A stretch of 64,000 nucleotides of DNA from a bacterium (GCA_017616555.1 JAFZXZ010000022.1:16-64015); one strand, 5' to 3'; positions 43,236-52,924 are shown, counted from the stretch's first letter. Notes: a model not told the origin generated them from the sequence alone. Program-made: numbers and translations.

Positions 43236-46116
43236 ATTCCTTCTCTTTTGGAAGGAATTGCTCGAGGCAGGAAAGGTCGACCTCCACGTTGATTGAATCA
43301 ACGAAACTCTCGACGCACTCGACATAAGCTTTGTCGTTCGCGGCGCAATACTTCCTAATAACATTGACGGCCTCCAAATATTTTTCCGGAGTGATGGCGT
43401 GCTTTTTACCGCCGTCGGCGACATCCTTCAGGAAAAGATCTATCTCCTCGTTTCGTTTGTTTCTGGCTTTTATGAATCCTCTCAGAAGCCCCGCGGATTT
43501 CTCAAGTTCCCGCACTTTTTCTGACACTTTCGCATATGCTTCCCTGAGCTCGGGTATGTTTCTTTCGCGCAGAACCGCTCTCAGATCCTCCAGCACAGTT
43601 TTGTGATTGGCAATATCCTGCTTGATCTGGCCCAGGATATTCCCATTCTCCAAACTCTCGCGATAATCGTAACTCGCAAGCTCCCTTATTCTCCGCTCGA
43701 ACGCTTCGTTCCTTTGATCGTATCTGTGCCACAGCACTTTCTTCCAATAAGTATTTGTATTTATTATGCAGTTGAGCAAATGTTCGAGCTCACGGATCCT
43801 GTCGTTCATCACCACAAGACAATCTTGATAACTCCTGTCGACGGCGTAAAGGGTGTTTGTGTCTCTGGTGCCGTAATGAAATCCCGGCATGGCGAAAGAC
43901 CCTCTTTCTGGCTTTTCCACCATGACGATGAGCTTGCCGGAGGTCCTCTCCCTTACGATCCTCATAGCAACGTTGCCGACCTTCTCAACGCCATTGCTTG
44001 GGGCAAGTTCAGCGTAAACGATCTTTAACCATCCGTAATCGCTTACCGTTTCATAAAAAAAGCGGTTGGCGACAAACATGGCGATCAAATTGTTCTCAAA
44101 GGGAACGCAGAGGTGCATGCGGGCATAAGCGCGCGCTGAAAAAAGCTCGAGCGCGTTGCGCCCGTCGAGGTCGCCGCAGGCTGTCAAGTGCCTGACGGAC
44201 GGTTCCCAGCGTCCGATAGCGGCGTTGGCGCGCCCCGCTATGAAGTTGTAGTGCGCGTCCCTGCGATAGGCCTGGTAGCATTTTTCCAACCTTTCCACGG
44301 CGAGTCTAATATCGCCCTCCTGGTAGAGACGCGTTCCGCTTTTATAATAGCACTCGTCGATCTGCCCTCTCTCAGCAATCGGCAAGGGCGCCTTAAGCCC
44401 GTCGTAGCGCTCGAAAGTTTCCAGTGCCTCCTCGTAGTCGCCATTGGCGTAATAGGCCTCGAAATTCTCGGTCAGGCAGCGTTCGAGTTTGCCCTTGACA
44501 ACTTCTAGAGCCTCCGGCTTTTCCTTTATGAGCTGCTCAAACTTATCCCTGGCGGACACAAAGTTCCCTTTTGCCATGAATTCGTCCGCTTCATTGCCAA
44601 GCACCCTGACGAGGCATTTCTTCCTGGCTCTTTCCAGGACATCCTCGGCCCTTTTGTAGGCCTTTGTCTCCCCGCAGGCGCTAACTAGCAGCGAGATCTT
44701 GTTGAGCACTTCGACATCGTTGGTCAGCGCCACGTTTTTCATGACGTCAAGTATATAGCGTTCCGCCGTCTTTTCGTCCATCTGATTTTTAAGGCGCTCA
44801 AGTCCGGCGTCGACGGAACCGGCGGCCGGTGTACCGCCGTAGTTTTCTTTTATTTGAAGATACGCGTTGTACGCCTTGACGGAATCGCCCGCGAATTCCA
44901 GTTTCTCAGCCTCGGCTAGAAGCTGAGCGGCGAAGCTGTCCCTTCTTTCGTTGCTGAGTCTGCGGCAGGAGGAGACCTGATCAAAGAAGTCCTCCCGCGC
45001 CATGGCCTCGGGATACTTCCGCACTATCTCTTCCAGCGACTCCTCCGCGGAAAACCAATAGTTTGACTCGACGAAAGCGTTCGCCAGTTTGAGTTCCGCT
45101 TTCGCCAGCTCCAGGGCCAGATCGCCGGCCTTCGCGGCGGCTTCCCGCGCCGCGAGAGTGCCGGGATAATCCGCCGCCACGGCCCTCAGCATCACGAGCG
45201 CCGGATCCTTCTTGCCGTTTTTTAAATAATTTTGGGCGTCGGCGCAAAGGTTGGCCGCGCTGATCTCCAAAAGAGCCTTGGCATTTTCCTTATCCAAAGC
45301 GTTCGCTCTTTCCGCCAGGGAGGAGTCGGGCAGATTGTTTTTCAGATTCTCCAGAATCTTCCGGCAGAGCTCGTGCTCGCCGGCCTTGAATCTTTTCTCC
45401 GCCGCGGAAAGAAGCTTTTCCGAAAGCTTCCTCTCATGGCGCCGGAAGATCGTGCTGCCGCTGCCGGGATCGTCGTTATCGGCGAGCGGATCGCCCTTGA
45501 AGCGCTCCCCTTTCAGATCCTCTGCGACGACAATTCCCTCTTCGCTCACGAAAAAAGTCTTTCTGCCGGTCACGTTGTAGATTTTGGGTACGGCGGTGAT
45601 GGAAAAAGTGTCGGCGCTGACGTTCTCGAAATAGTAGTTGTAGCCTTCCAGCGCGGGGCTGCCGCTCATCTCCCTAGCCTTGAGATCCAGCCCAGGTATC
45701 TCATCGAAACGGTCCGGAGCGACGTATTCGCCGTATCCGTCGCCGTCGGCGTCTTCCAGCAGGGCGTATTTAACGCAGAATTCCGCGCAGGCGGCCTTTT
45801 CCAATCTCACCATGACTCGCGATTCGTTGCGCGAGCACGCTTTGCCGGACAAAAAGTAAAAGGCGCCGAAGCCCAATAGCACGCACCATGCCAGAGAAAC
45901 GATTATGCCTACCCAGGCCATGATCGTTCCCCTAACGGTATTGCGGCGCCGGGAAACGGAAAGGACGCACAGAGCCAGGCCGATCAGTTCGCCTAGGCCC
46001 AGGAAGATCGGGCCCAGCAGCGCAAGGAGAAGCCCCAATACAGCCAGGGTATCAGAAGCGCGGGCCGTCGAGTCGCCGCGGGGGGGCAGCGTATTTGGCG
46101 GGCTTATCAGATCCAT
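43234..46116 (-). CDS. uncharacterised membrane protein, paralog C (960 aa): DUF4190-like TM block, pilin-like module, TPR-like repeats, coiled coil. No FHA-like module.
   Basis: Collinear with the two upstream genes from the TM block onward (SVSRRRNTVRGTIMAWVG; GYNYYFENVSADTFSITAVP; C-terminal LEQFLPKEKE). Confidence 0.8.
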   Translation of the reverse strand: MDLISPPNTLPPRGDSTARASDTLAVLGLLLALLGPIFLGLGELIGLALCVLSVSRRRNTVRGTIMAWVGIIVSLAWCVLLGFGAFYFLSGKACSRNESRVMVRLEKAACAEFCVKYALLEDADGDGYGEYVAPDRFDEIPGLDLKAREMSGSPALEGYNYYFENVSADTFSITAVPKIYNVTGRKTFFVSEEGIVVAEDLKGERFKGDPLADNDDPGSGSTIFRRHERKLSEKLLSAAEKRFKAGEHELCRKILENLKNNLPDSSLAERANALDKENAKALLEISAANLCADAQNYLKNGKKDPALVMLRAVAADYPGTLAAREAAAKAGDLALELAKAELKLANAFVESNYWFSAEESLEEIVRKYPEAMAREDFFDQVSSCRRLSNERRDSFAAQLLAEAEKLEFAGDSVKAYNAYLQIKENYGGTPAAGSVDAGLERLKNQMDEKTAERYILDVMKNVALTNDVEVLNKISLLVSACGETKAYKRAEDVLERARKKCLVRVLGNEADEFMAKGNFVSARDKFEQLIKEKPEALEVVKGKLERCLTENFEAYYANGDYEEALETFERYDGLKAPLPIAERGQIDECYYKSGTRLYQEGDIRLAVERLEKCYQAYRRDAHYNFIAGRANAAIGRWEPSVRHLTACGDLDGRNALELFSARAYARMHLCVPFENNLIAMFVANRFFYETVSDYGWLKIVYAELAPSNGVEKVGNVAMRIVRERTSGKLIVMVEKPERGSFAMPGFHYGTRDTNTLYAVDRSYQDCLVVMNDRIRELEHLLNCIINTNTYWKKVLWHRYDQRNEAFERRIRELASYDYRESLENGNILGQIKQDIANHKTVLEDLRAVLRERNIPELREAYAKVSEKVRELEKSAGLLRGFIKARNKRNEEIDLFLKDVADGGKKHAITPEKYLEAVNVIRKYCAANDKAYVECVESFVDSINVEVDLSCLEQFLPKEKE

Positions 46117-46120
46117 GCGT

Positions 46121-49100
46121 TCACTTTACGTTTTCCGTATTTTCTTTCGGAAGGAATTGTTCGAGGAAGGAAAGGTCGATGTCGATGTTGACGGTCTCCG
46201 CGAATTTCTCGACGCAGTCAGTATAGGTCTTGTCCTCGGTCGTGTAGTAGCTCCTGATCTTCCTCGCCAGATCCCCTACCTGCTCCACGGTCAGCCGCTC
46301 CTTTAGGATCGGTTCCACGTTGTCCCTCAGCATGGTGTGGATCTTTTTATTGCGCGTATCCCTCACGTTGACAAAAGTTCTCAGAAGGGTCCTCACCTTT
46401 CTTAACTTTGCGATCTTCTTCATGGTGTTTACCATCCTTTCGCGCAGTTCGGGATATTCTCTAACGGAAAGAATGTATTTGAGATCCGTAAGGACGGCGT
46501 TGTGATGGATAATGTCACGGTCCAACTGCTTTATGATGTCCTCATTTGCGTCCTTCTCGCGCTTGTCGATGACCTCGAGCTCCCTGATCTTCACGACAAA
46601 AAGATCCATCCTTGTTTCAAGTTGCTGCCTGAATATGAGCTTGCGTCTGCCGTTGGTGTGGACGATCTTGTCCAGAAGATTTTCCATCTCGCGGATCCTA
46701 TCGTTCATGACTTCCAGGGCGCTTTGGTAACTCATGTCTTTGGCGAGCAGAGATTCCTTTGCCCTTTGATAATCGTTGGAATAGAGGAGATCCTTGGAAG
46801 CTTTGACAGAGGAGGCGGGATCCGGCCTGTCCATGGTGACGACGATCTCGCCGGAAGTCTTCTCGCGGTCGATCTTCATGTGAACGTTGCTGACGTTCTC
46901 TATGTCGTTTGTCACGGAAAGGGTGGCGTAATTGATCTTGATCCAGCGGTAATCCTTGGCCGTTTTCTGGAAATCAAGGTTGGCGACGAACATGGCGATC
47001 AGCCTGTTTTCCACCCTGTAGCTGAGATTGACGATGGAATAAGACCTCGCCGCGCTAAGGTCGAACTTGTTGCGCTCGGGAAGATCCCTGCAGGCGATAA
47101 GGTGTCTGGCCGCCGGCTCCCAGTGTTTGATGACAGTGTTGGCCCGTCCGGCGGCAAAGTTGAACTGCTGATCGTTCAGATAAGCGGGATAGCATTTCTC
47201 AAACCTTTCGGCGGCTTTCCGCATTTCGCCCTCTTGATAAAAACGCATGCCGCTCTTGCAGAGGCTCTCGTCAACTTTCGCGGTCTCTATGGCCGGGAAG
47301 GGCGGATTCAATTCCATGTAGCGGTCGTAGGCCTCCAGAGCCTCGTCGAATTCCTCCTTGGAATAATGGTACTCGAAAATTTCGACCAGGCAAAGCTCGT
47401 ATTTTTCCCTGACCTTCGTGAACATTTCCGGCTTTTCCCTCAAGATCTGGTCTATGCGATCCTTGGCCGCCTGGTAATTTTTATCCCGCAGGAACTGGTC
47501 AACTTCCTTTCCGAGAATGCTGACCGTGCAGTCTCTTCTAGCCCTTTCCAGAACGTCCAACGACCGCTCGTAAGCCTTGGTCCCGCCACAGCTGTTCTTT
47601 AGGAGCGAGACCATGTTGACGACCTCGACTTCGTTGCTCATGGCCACGTTTCTCATGATCTCCGCTATGTACTTCTCGGCCGTTTTCTCATCCATCTGAT
47701 TCTTCAGGCGCTCCAGAGCGGAATCTATGTCCTTGGCGGCAGGAGTGTCGCCGTAACTTTCCCTGATCATAAGATAGGTGTTGTAAGAGAGGACGGTGTT
47801 TTCCTCAAACTCGAGTTTCTCCGCCTCGGCAAGCAGCTCCAGCGCGTATTTGTCCCTTCTGTCGTGGCTCTCTTTGCGACAAAGCGAGACCTGATCCTTG
47901 AAGTCGGCCTGAAAGAGCGCCTCGGGATACAGGCGTTCGATCTTCGATAGCGACTCTTCCACGGCGTTCCAATGGTTCGACTCAATATGGGAATTAGCCA
48001 GCTTAAGCTCCGCCGACGCCAATTCCAGGGCCAGTTCGTTCACCCGGGCTTTCACTTCCTGCGCGGTTCTGGTATTGGGATAATCCGCCGCGATAGCTCT
48101 CAGCATCACGAGCGCCGGATCCTTTTTCCCGCTTTTTATGAAATTTTCAGCGTCGGCATACAGTCTTTCAGCCTCGGCCTCGAGGAGGAACGGCGCGTTC
48201 TCCTTTTCCATGGCCGAAAGCCTCGCCAGATAGGAGGAATTCGGGAGCATGTTCCTGAGATTTTCCAGGACCTTCTGGCAGAGGAAGTAATTGCCCGCTT
48301 TAAAGTTTTTTTCCGCCGCGGAAAGCAGCTTTTTGGACAGCGTTTTTTCGTTGCGTTGGAAGATCGTCTGGATCTTTTCGGGGTTCTCCAACTTTGCGAT
48401 GGGATCTTCCTCGAAACGCCCGCCCGCGAGGTCTTCCGAAACGACAATGCCCGCTTCGCTCACCCAGTGGGTCTTTTTGCCTGTCACGCCGTAAACTTGC
48501 GGAACCGCCGTGACGGAAAAAGTGTCGGCGCTCACGTTGTCAAAGTAGTAATTGTAGCCGTCGCGAATAGGGTTTTCAGCAAGCTCTTTGACTTTCGCGT
48601 CCAGTCCCGGAATGGCGGCGAAACGGTCCGGACCGACGAACTCGCCGAAGAGGTCGCCGTCGTCGTCTACGAGGACCGCGTATTTGATATGGAATTCCGC
48701 TAATGCGGTCTTTTCCAGCCTGGCCAAGACTTTTCTCTCGTTGCGGACCTGGACGTCCAGCGTCGTCAGATAGAAGATCCCCGAACCTATGGCGGCGAGC
48801 CACACGAGCGAGATGACGATGCCGAGCCAAGCCATGATCGTTCCCCTAACGGTGTTGCGGCCGCGGGAAATGGAAAGCACGCAAAGGACGAGGCCGATTA
48901 TTTCGCCGATGCCTATGACGATGGGGCCCAGGGCGGCGAATATGAGGCCCAATTTCGCGAGCGTGTCGGAGGTGTGGATGACGAAACTGGTATAGGGATC
49001 GTAAAAAGTCCCGGGAGCGGCGACGCCCCACTGGGTCCCGCCGACGGCGACCTGATTGGCGTTGGCAGACGCCATCGGCGCTCCGGATTGGGCCGCGACG

Positions 49101-49408
49101 GGCGCCGGCGCTCCGGATTGCGTCACCGCAACATCCAGTACGAGAAAGTCTATCCCGGCCAGGGAGAACCTCAGACCGGTCTTCAGTTTCAGGCTGCTTG
49201 CGCTTTCTTCCCCAAACAATATCGGCTTGTCGTCCAGGCTCTCAAAGAGCCAGACGCCGTCAGAATATGTGAGCGAGGCCTGGTAATCGCCGACGCCTTC
49301 GCGCTCGACGATTATCTGGTTGTCCTTGGCGCGGCCTATGGTGGCGCTGACGCCGGTCACCGTAAAGGCCTGCTTCTGGGGCGTGTTTGGGAATATGACT
49401 AATTTCAC
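46121..49408 (-). CDS. uncharacterised membrane protein, paralog B (1095 aa): FHA-like N-terminus, TM block, pilin-like module, TPR-like repeats, coiled coil
   Basis: N-terminus TIGRAKDNQIIVEREGVGDYQASLTYSDGVWLFESL. TM block with SISRGRNTVRGTIMAWLG. Stop lies 4 nt before the start of paralog C. Confidence 0.8.
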   Translation of the reverse strand: MKLVIFPNTPQKQAFTVTGVSATIGRAKDNQIIVEREGVGDYQASLTYSDGVWLFESLDDKPILFGEESASSLKLKTGLRFSLAGIDFLVLDVAVTQSGAPAPVAAQSGAPMASANANQVAVGGTQWGVAAPGTFYDPYTSFVIHTSDTLAKLGLIFAALGPIVIGIGEIIGLVLCVLSISRGRNTVRGTIMAWLGIVISLVWLAAIGSGIFYLTTLDVQVRNERKVLARLEKTALAEFHIKYAVLVDDDGDLFGEFVGPDRFAAIPGLDAKVKELAENPIRDGYNYYFDNVSADTFSVTAVPQVYGVTGKKTHWVSEAGIVVSEDLAGGRFEEDPIAKLENPEKIQTIFQRNEKTLSKKLLSAAEKNFKAGNYFLCQKVLENLRNMLPNSSYLARLSAMEKENAPFLLEAEAERLYADAENFIKSGKKDPALVMLRAIAADYPNTRTAQEVKARVNELALELASAELKLANSHIESNHWNAVEESLSKIERLYPEALFQADFKDQVSLCRKESHDRRDKYALELLAEAEKLEFEENTVLSYNTYLMIRESYGDTPAAKDIDSALERLKNQMDEKTAEKYIAEIMRNVAMSNEVEVVNMVSLLKNSCGGTKAYERSLDVLERARRDCTVSILGKEVDQFLRDKNYQAAKDRIDQILREKPEMFTKVREKYELCLVEIFEYHYSKEEFDEALEAYDRYMELNPPFPAIETAKVDESLCKSGMRFYQEGEMRKAAERFEKCYPAYLNDQQFNFAAGRANTVIKHWEPAARHLIACRDLPERNKFDLSAARSYSIVNLSYRVENRLIAMFVANLDFQKTAKDYRWIKINYATLSVTNDIENVSNVHMKIDREKTSGEIVVTMDRPDPASSVKASKDLLYSNDYQRAKESLLAKDMSYQSALEVMNDRIREMENLLDKIVHTNGRRKLIFRQQLETRMDLFVVKIRELEVIDKREKDANEDIIKQLDRDIIHHNAVLTDLKYILSVREYPELRERMVNTMKKIAKLRKVRTLLRTFVNVRDTRNKKIHTMLRDNVEPILKERLTVEQVGDLARKIRSYYTTEDKTYTDCVEKFAETVNIDIDLSFLEQFLPKENTENVK

Positions 49409-49414
49409 GGCTTA

Positions 49415-52400
49415 TTACTTGGCCGGAGCGGGCGCGGCCGCCTCAGGCTGAGTCTGCGCCTTAGCGGCTTCGGCTTCAGCTTTGGCTTTGTTCGCGTCCG
49501 ATTTATCTTTCGGCAGATATTCCTCTAGGGAGGAAAGGTCGAGATCGATATTGAGGGACTCCGTGAATTTTTGGACGCACTCTATGTAGGTCTTGTCCTC
49601 AGCAGTATAGTAGCCCCTTATCTTGACGGCCGCTTCCGAAAGCTGTTCCGGAGTCAGCGTCTCCTTCTCGGCGGATTCCACGATAGATTTCAAAAAGAGG
49701 TCGATCTTGGCGTTGCGAAGAGTCCTGTCTGAGATGAATTTCTTGAACATCCGGTTGACCTTTTTTAGCTCATCGATCTTTTTCGCGACGCTCATGGCTC
49801 TGTCTTTCAGTTCCGGAATATTGCGCTTTTCAAGGATAGACTTGAGGTCGGCTCTCACGGCGTTGTGGTGGATGATATCGCGCTCAAGCTGCTTGAGGAT
49901 GTCCTCGTTGGCTTTCATCTCGCGCTTGTCTATGATCTCAAGCTCCTTGATCCTCATGTTGAAGCGGTCGATCTTCTTCTTGAAGGATTCCCTGACGATA
50001 TGCTTGCTTCCGCCGTTCGTCCGTATGATGTTGTTTAGGATCGATTCCAGTTCGCGTATCCTGTTGTTGATGACCTCCAGAGAGTTCTGATAGCTTCTCT
50101 CGATGGTGAGAAGGGATTCCTTCGCGTCTTCCTTGTCCCTGTCGTTGAGCGTGTCGGTCTGGTTGGACTTTTGGTCGGCGGGATCGGGACGCTGCAGCGT
50201 GACCACGACCTCGCCGGAAGTTTTCTCGCGGTCGATCTTCATGAGAACGTTGCTGACATTCTCAATGTCGTTCGTGACGGACAGCTTGGCGTAGTTGATC
50301 TTGATCCACTTGTAGTCTTTTATGGTCTGCTGGAAATCGAGATTGGCCACGAACATGGCTATGAGCCTGTTCTCCTGGCGCGTGCAGAGATTGACGATGG
50401 AGTAAGCCCTGGCCGTGCAGAGGTCGAATCTGTAGCGCTCCTCGATGTCTTTGCAAGCGATCAGGTGCCTGGCCGCCGGTTCCCAGTGTTTGATGACGGC
50501 GTTGGCGCGGCCGGCGATGAAATTGTACTGCGTGTCTTTCAGATAAGCGGGGTAGCACTTCTCGAACCTGTCAGCGGCGTCCCGCATGTCGCCCTGCTGG
50601 TAGAGGCGCATGCCGCTCTTGTAGTAGCATTCGTCGACTTTCGCCCTGTCTATGGCCGGCAGGATAGGGTTCATGTCCATGTAGCGGTCGTAGGATTCAA
50701 GAGCCTCGTCGTAGTCCCCTTTCGCGTAATAATTGTCGAAGTTCTTGACCAGGCAAAGCTCAAGCTTGTCCTTGATCTTCATGAAGGATTCGGGCTTCTC
50801 CTTTATGATGTGCTCGAGCCTGTCCTTGGCGGACTGGAAATTTCCCTCCTCCATGAACTTGTCCACTTCCTTGTTGAGGACGCTGACAGTGCAGTTCTTC
50901 CTGATCCTCTCGAGGATCTCCTCGGCCCGCTTGTAGGCCTTGGTCTCGGCGCAGCTGTTCTTTAGAAGCGTGATCATGTTCACGACGACGACCTCGTTGC
51001 TCAAAGCCACATTCTTCATGATGTCGGAGATGTATTTCTCGGCCGTCTTCTCGTTCATCTGCGTGTTGAGGCGCGCCAAGGCCGCGTCGATGTCCTTGGC
51101 GGCCGGCGTATTGCCGTAGCTTTCCCTGATCTGCAAATAGGCGTTGTAGGCCTGGACGTTGTCGCCCGCCAGCTCCAATTTCTCCGCGTTCTTGAGAAGG
51201 TTCATGGCGTACTGGTCCCTCAGATCGTGCGCAAGTTTGCGGCAGGCCGAGACCTGATCCTTGAAATCGCCTTGCACGAAGGCTTCGGGATATTTCTGCT
51301 CGATCTTGCCAAGCGATTCGTCCACTGAGTTCCAGAAGTTCGATTCGATATAAGAATTCGCGAGTTTAAGTTCGGCCGTGGCCAATTCCAACGCCAGGGA
51401 GTTCACCTGCTTTTTGGCTTCCTGCGCTGTACTGGTATTGGGAAAATCCGCCGCGATGTTCCTCAGCGTCTCAAGCGCGGGGTCTTTCCTCCCGCTCTTG
51501 ACGTAATTCATGGCGTCGGAATAGAGCCTGTGCGCCTTGGCTTCCATCAGGAAGGGCGCGTTCTCCTTTTCCACCGCGTTCAGCTTCGCCATAGCGGAAG
51601 AATACGGGAACTTATTCTTCAAATTCTCGATGATCTGCTGGCAGAGGTCGTATTTTTCGTTCTTGAAGTTCTGCTCAGCCGCGAAGAGGATCTTTTCGGA
51701 GAGTTCCTTCTCATAGCGCTGCGGGATGGTCTGGACGTTCTCGACGTCCTCCACCCTGGCCAGGGGATCGTCCTCGAAGCGAGAGCCCTTCAGATCATCC
51801 GAGACGATGATGCCAGATTCGTTCACCCAGTAGGTCTTCCTGCCCGTCACGTTGTAGACCTGTGGCGTGGCGGTGATGGTGAAAGTGTCGGCGGAAACGT
51901 TTTCGAAGTAGTAATTGTAGCCTTCCCTCAGCGGGCTCTCGGCCAATTCCTTGGCCTTGACGTCTATCCCGGCGAGGCCGGCGAAGCGGTCGGGTTCCAC
52001 AAATTCGCCGATCAGATTGCCATCGTCGTCGACTAGCACGGCGTACTTGACGTAATATTCCGCCATGACCGTCTTTTCAAGCCTGGCCACCACTTTCGTC
52101 TCATTGTGTATCTTGGTGTCCTTCGTCATGAAGTAGAAGAGCCCCAGACCAATGATGATAAGCCAGACCAAAGAGAGCACCACGCCGATCCAAGCCATGA
52201 TCGTGCCCCTCACGGTGTTGCGTCGGCGGGAAATGGAGATGACGCAGAGCACAAGGCCTATCAATTCGCCGACACCCAGGACCAGTGGGCCAAGGATGGA
52301 GAAGATCAAGCCCAGTTTGGCTAGCGTGTCGGAGGCCTGAACAACGAAGCCGGCGTAAGGATCTACGAAAGTTCCGGGCGCTGCCATCCCCCACTGTTGG

Positions 52401-52807
52401 CCGCCGACAGCGACCTGATATCCTTGCTGCTGCATGCCGTTCGGCATGACCTGCAGGGCTCCCCCGGGAGGAGGCTGCATCTGCTGGGGCTGTTCCGGTT
52501 CGCTCGGCGCCTTCGCCTCGGTCATGATGACATCGAGGACAAGGAAATCAACGTCGGCAAGAGAGAACTTCAGACCGACTTTCAGTTTCAGGCTGGAAGA
52601 AGCTTCGCTTCCGCACTGTATCTTCTTCTCATCCAGGCTCTCAATCAGCCAGACGCCGTCGGCATAAGTGAGCGACGCCTGATAATCGCTGACATTGGGT
52701 CCTTCCAAATAGATCGGGTTGTCAGGTGAGGAACCGAAAGTGGCGCTGGGGCCGGTCACCGCGAAGACCTGCTTCTGCGGCGTATTGGGGAAAGCAACTA
52801 GTTTCAT
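49415..52807 (-). CDS. uncharacterised membrane protein, paralog A (1130 aa): FHA-like N-terminus, Q/P-rich linker, TM block, pilin-like module, TPR-like repeats, coiled coil, A/E/K tail
   Basis: Same architecture as paralog B. Stop lies 6 nt before the start of paralog B. First gene of the array. Confidence 0.8.
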   Translation of the reverse strand: MKLVAFPNTPQKQVFAVTGPSATFGSSPDNPIYLEGPNVSDYQASLTYADGVWLIESLDEKKIQCGSEASSSLKLKVGLKFSLADVDFLVLDVIMTEAKAPSEPEQPQQMQPPPGGALQVMPNGMQQQGYQVAVGGQQWGMAAPGTFVDPYAGFVVQASDTLAKLGLIFSILGPLVLGVGELIGLVLCVISISRRRNTVRGTIMAWIGVVLSLVWLIIIGLGLFYFMTKDTKIHNETKVVARLEKTVMAEYYVKYAVLVDDDGNLIGEFVEPDRFAGLAGIDVKAKELAESPLREGYNYYFENVSADTFTITATPQVYNVTGRKTYWVNESGIIVSDDLKGSRFEDDPLARVEDVENVQTIPQRYEKELSEKILFAAEQNFKNEKYDLCQQIIENLKNKFPYSSAMAKLNAVEKENAPFLMEAKAHRLYSDAMNYVKSGRKDPALETLRNIAADFPNTSTAQEAKKQVNSLALELATAELKLANSYIESNFWNSVDESLGKIEQKYPEAFVQGDFKDQVSACRKLAHDLRDQYAMNLLKNAEKLELAGDNVQAYNAYLQIRESYGNTPAAKDIDAALARLNTQMNEKTAEKYISDIMKNVALSNEVVVVNMITLLKNSCAETKAYKRAEEILERIRKNCTVSVLNKEVDKFMEEGNFQSAKDRLEHIIKEKPESFMKIKDKLELCLVKNFDNYYAKGDYDEALESYDRYMDMNPILPAIDRAKVDECYYKSGMRLYQQGDMRDAADRFEKCYPAYLKDTQYNFIAGRANAVIKHWEPAARHLIACKDIEERYRFDLCTARAYSIVNLCTRQENRLIAMFVANLDFQQTIKDYKWIKINYAKLSVTNDIENVSNVLMKIDREKTSGEVVVTLQRPDPADQKSNQTDTLNDRDKEDAKESLLTIERSYQNSLEVINNRIRELESILNNIIRTNGGSKHIVRESFKKKIDRFNMRIKELEIIDKREMKANEDILKQLERDIIHHNAVRADLKSILEKRNIPELKDRAMSVAKKIDELKKVNRMFKKFISDRTLRNAKIDLFLKSIVESAEKETLTPEQLSEAAVKIRGYYTAEDKTYIECVQKFTESLNIDLDLSSLEEYLPKDKSDANKAKAEAEAAKAQTQPEAAAPAPAK

Positions 52808-52924
52808 ATAGATTATTCTACCATTTTTAGAAAAATGTTGAAACGGTTTTCACCCTCTGATGTTGAACGCTATCCGTCATTTTGGTAGAATTACCGAAAT
52901 CAAAGCTAAATAAGAAAGAACACT

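Noticed and set aside
46502-47602. 366-aa plus-strand ORF (and similar ones at 50171-50965 and 47972-48703) antisense to the FHA-like paralogs
   Set aside because: The minus-strand ORFs are mutually collinear paralogs over about 1,000 aa, which shadow frames would not be. The antisense ORFs have no signals.
52808-52924. T-box or riboswitch leader upstream of lysS (and likewise upstream of leuC at 60573-60671)
   Set aside because: The spacers are only about 117 and 99 nt, and the leuC promoter leaves about 36 nt of leader. That is too short for T-box or known riboswitch architectures.
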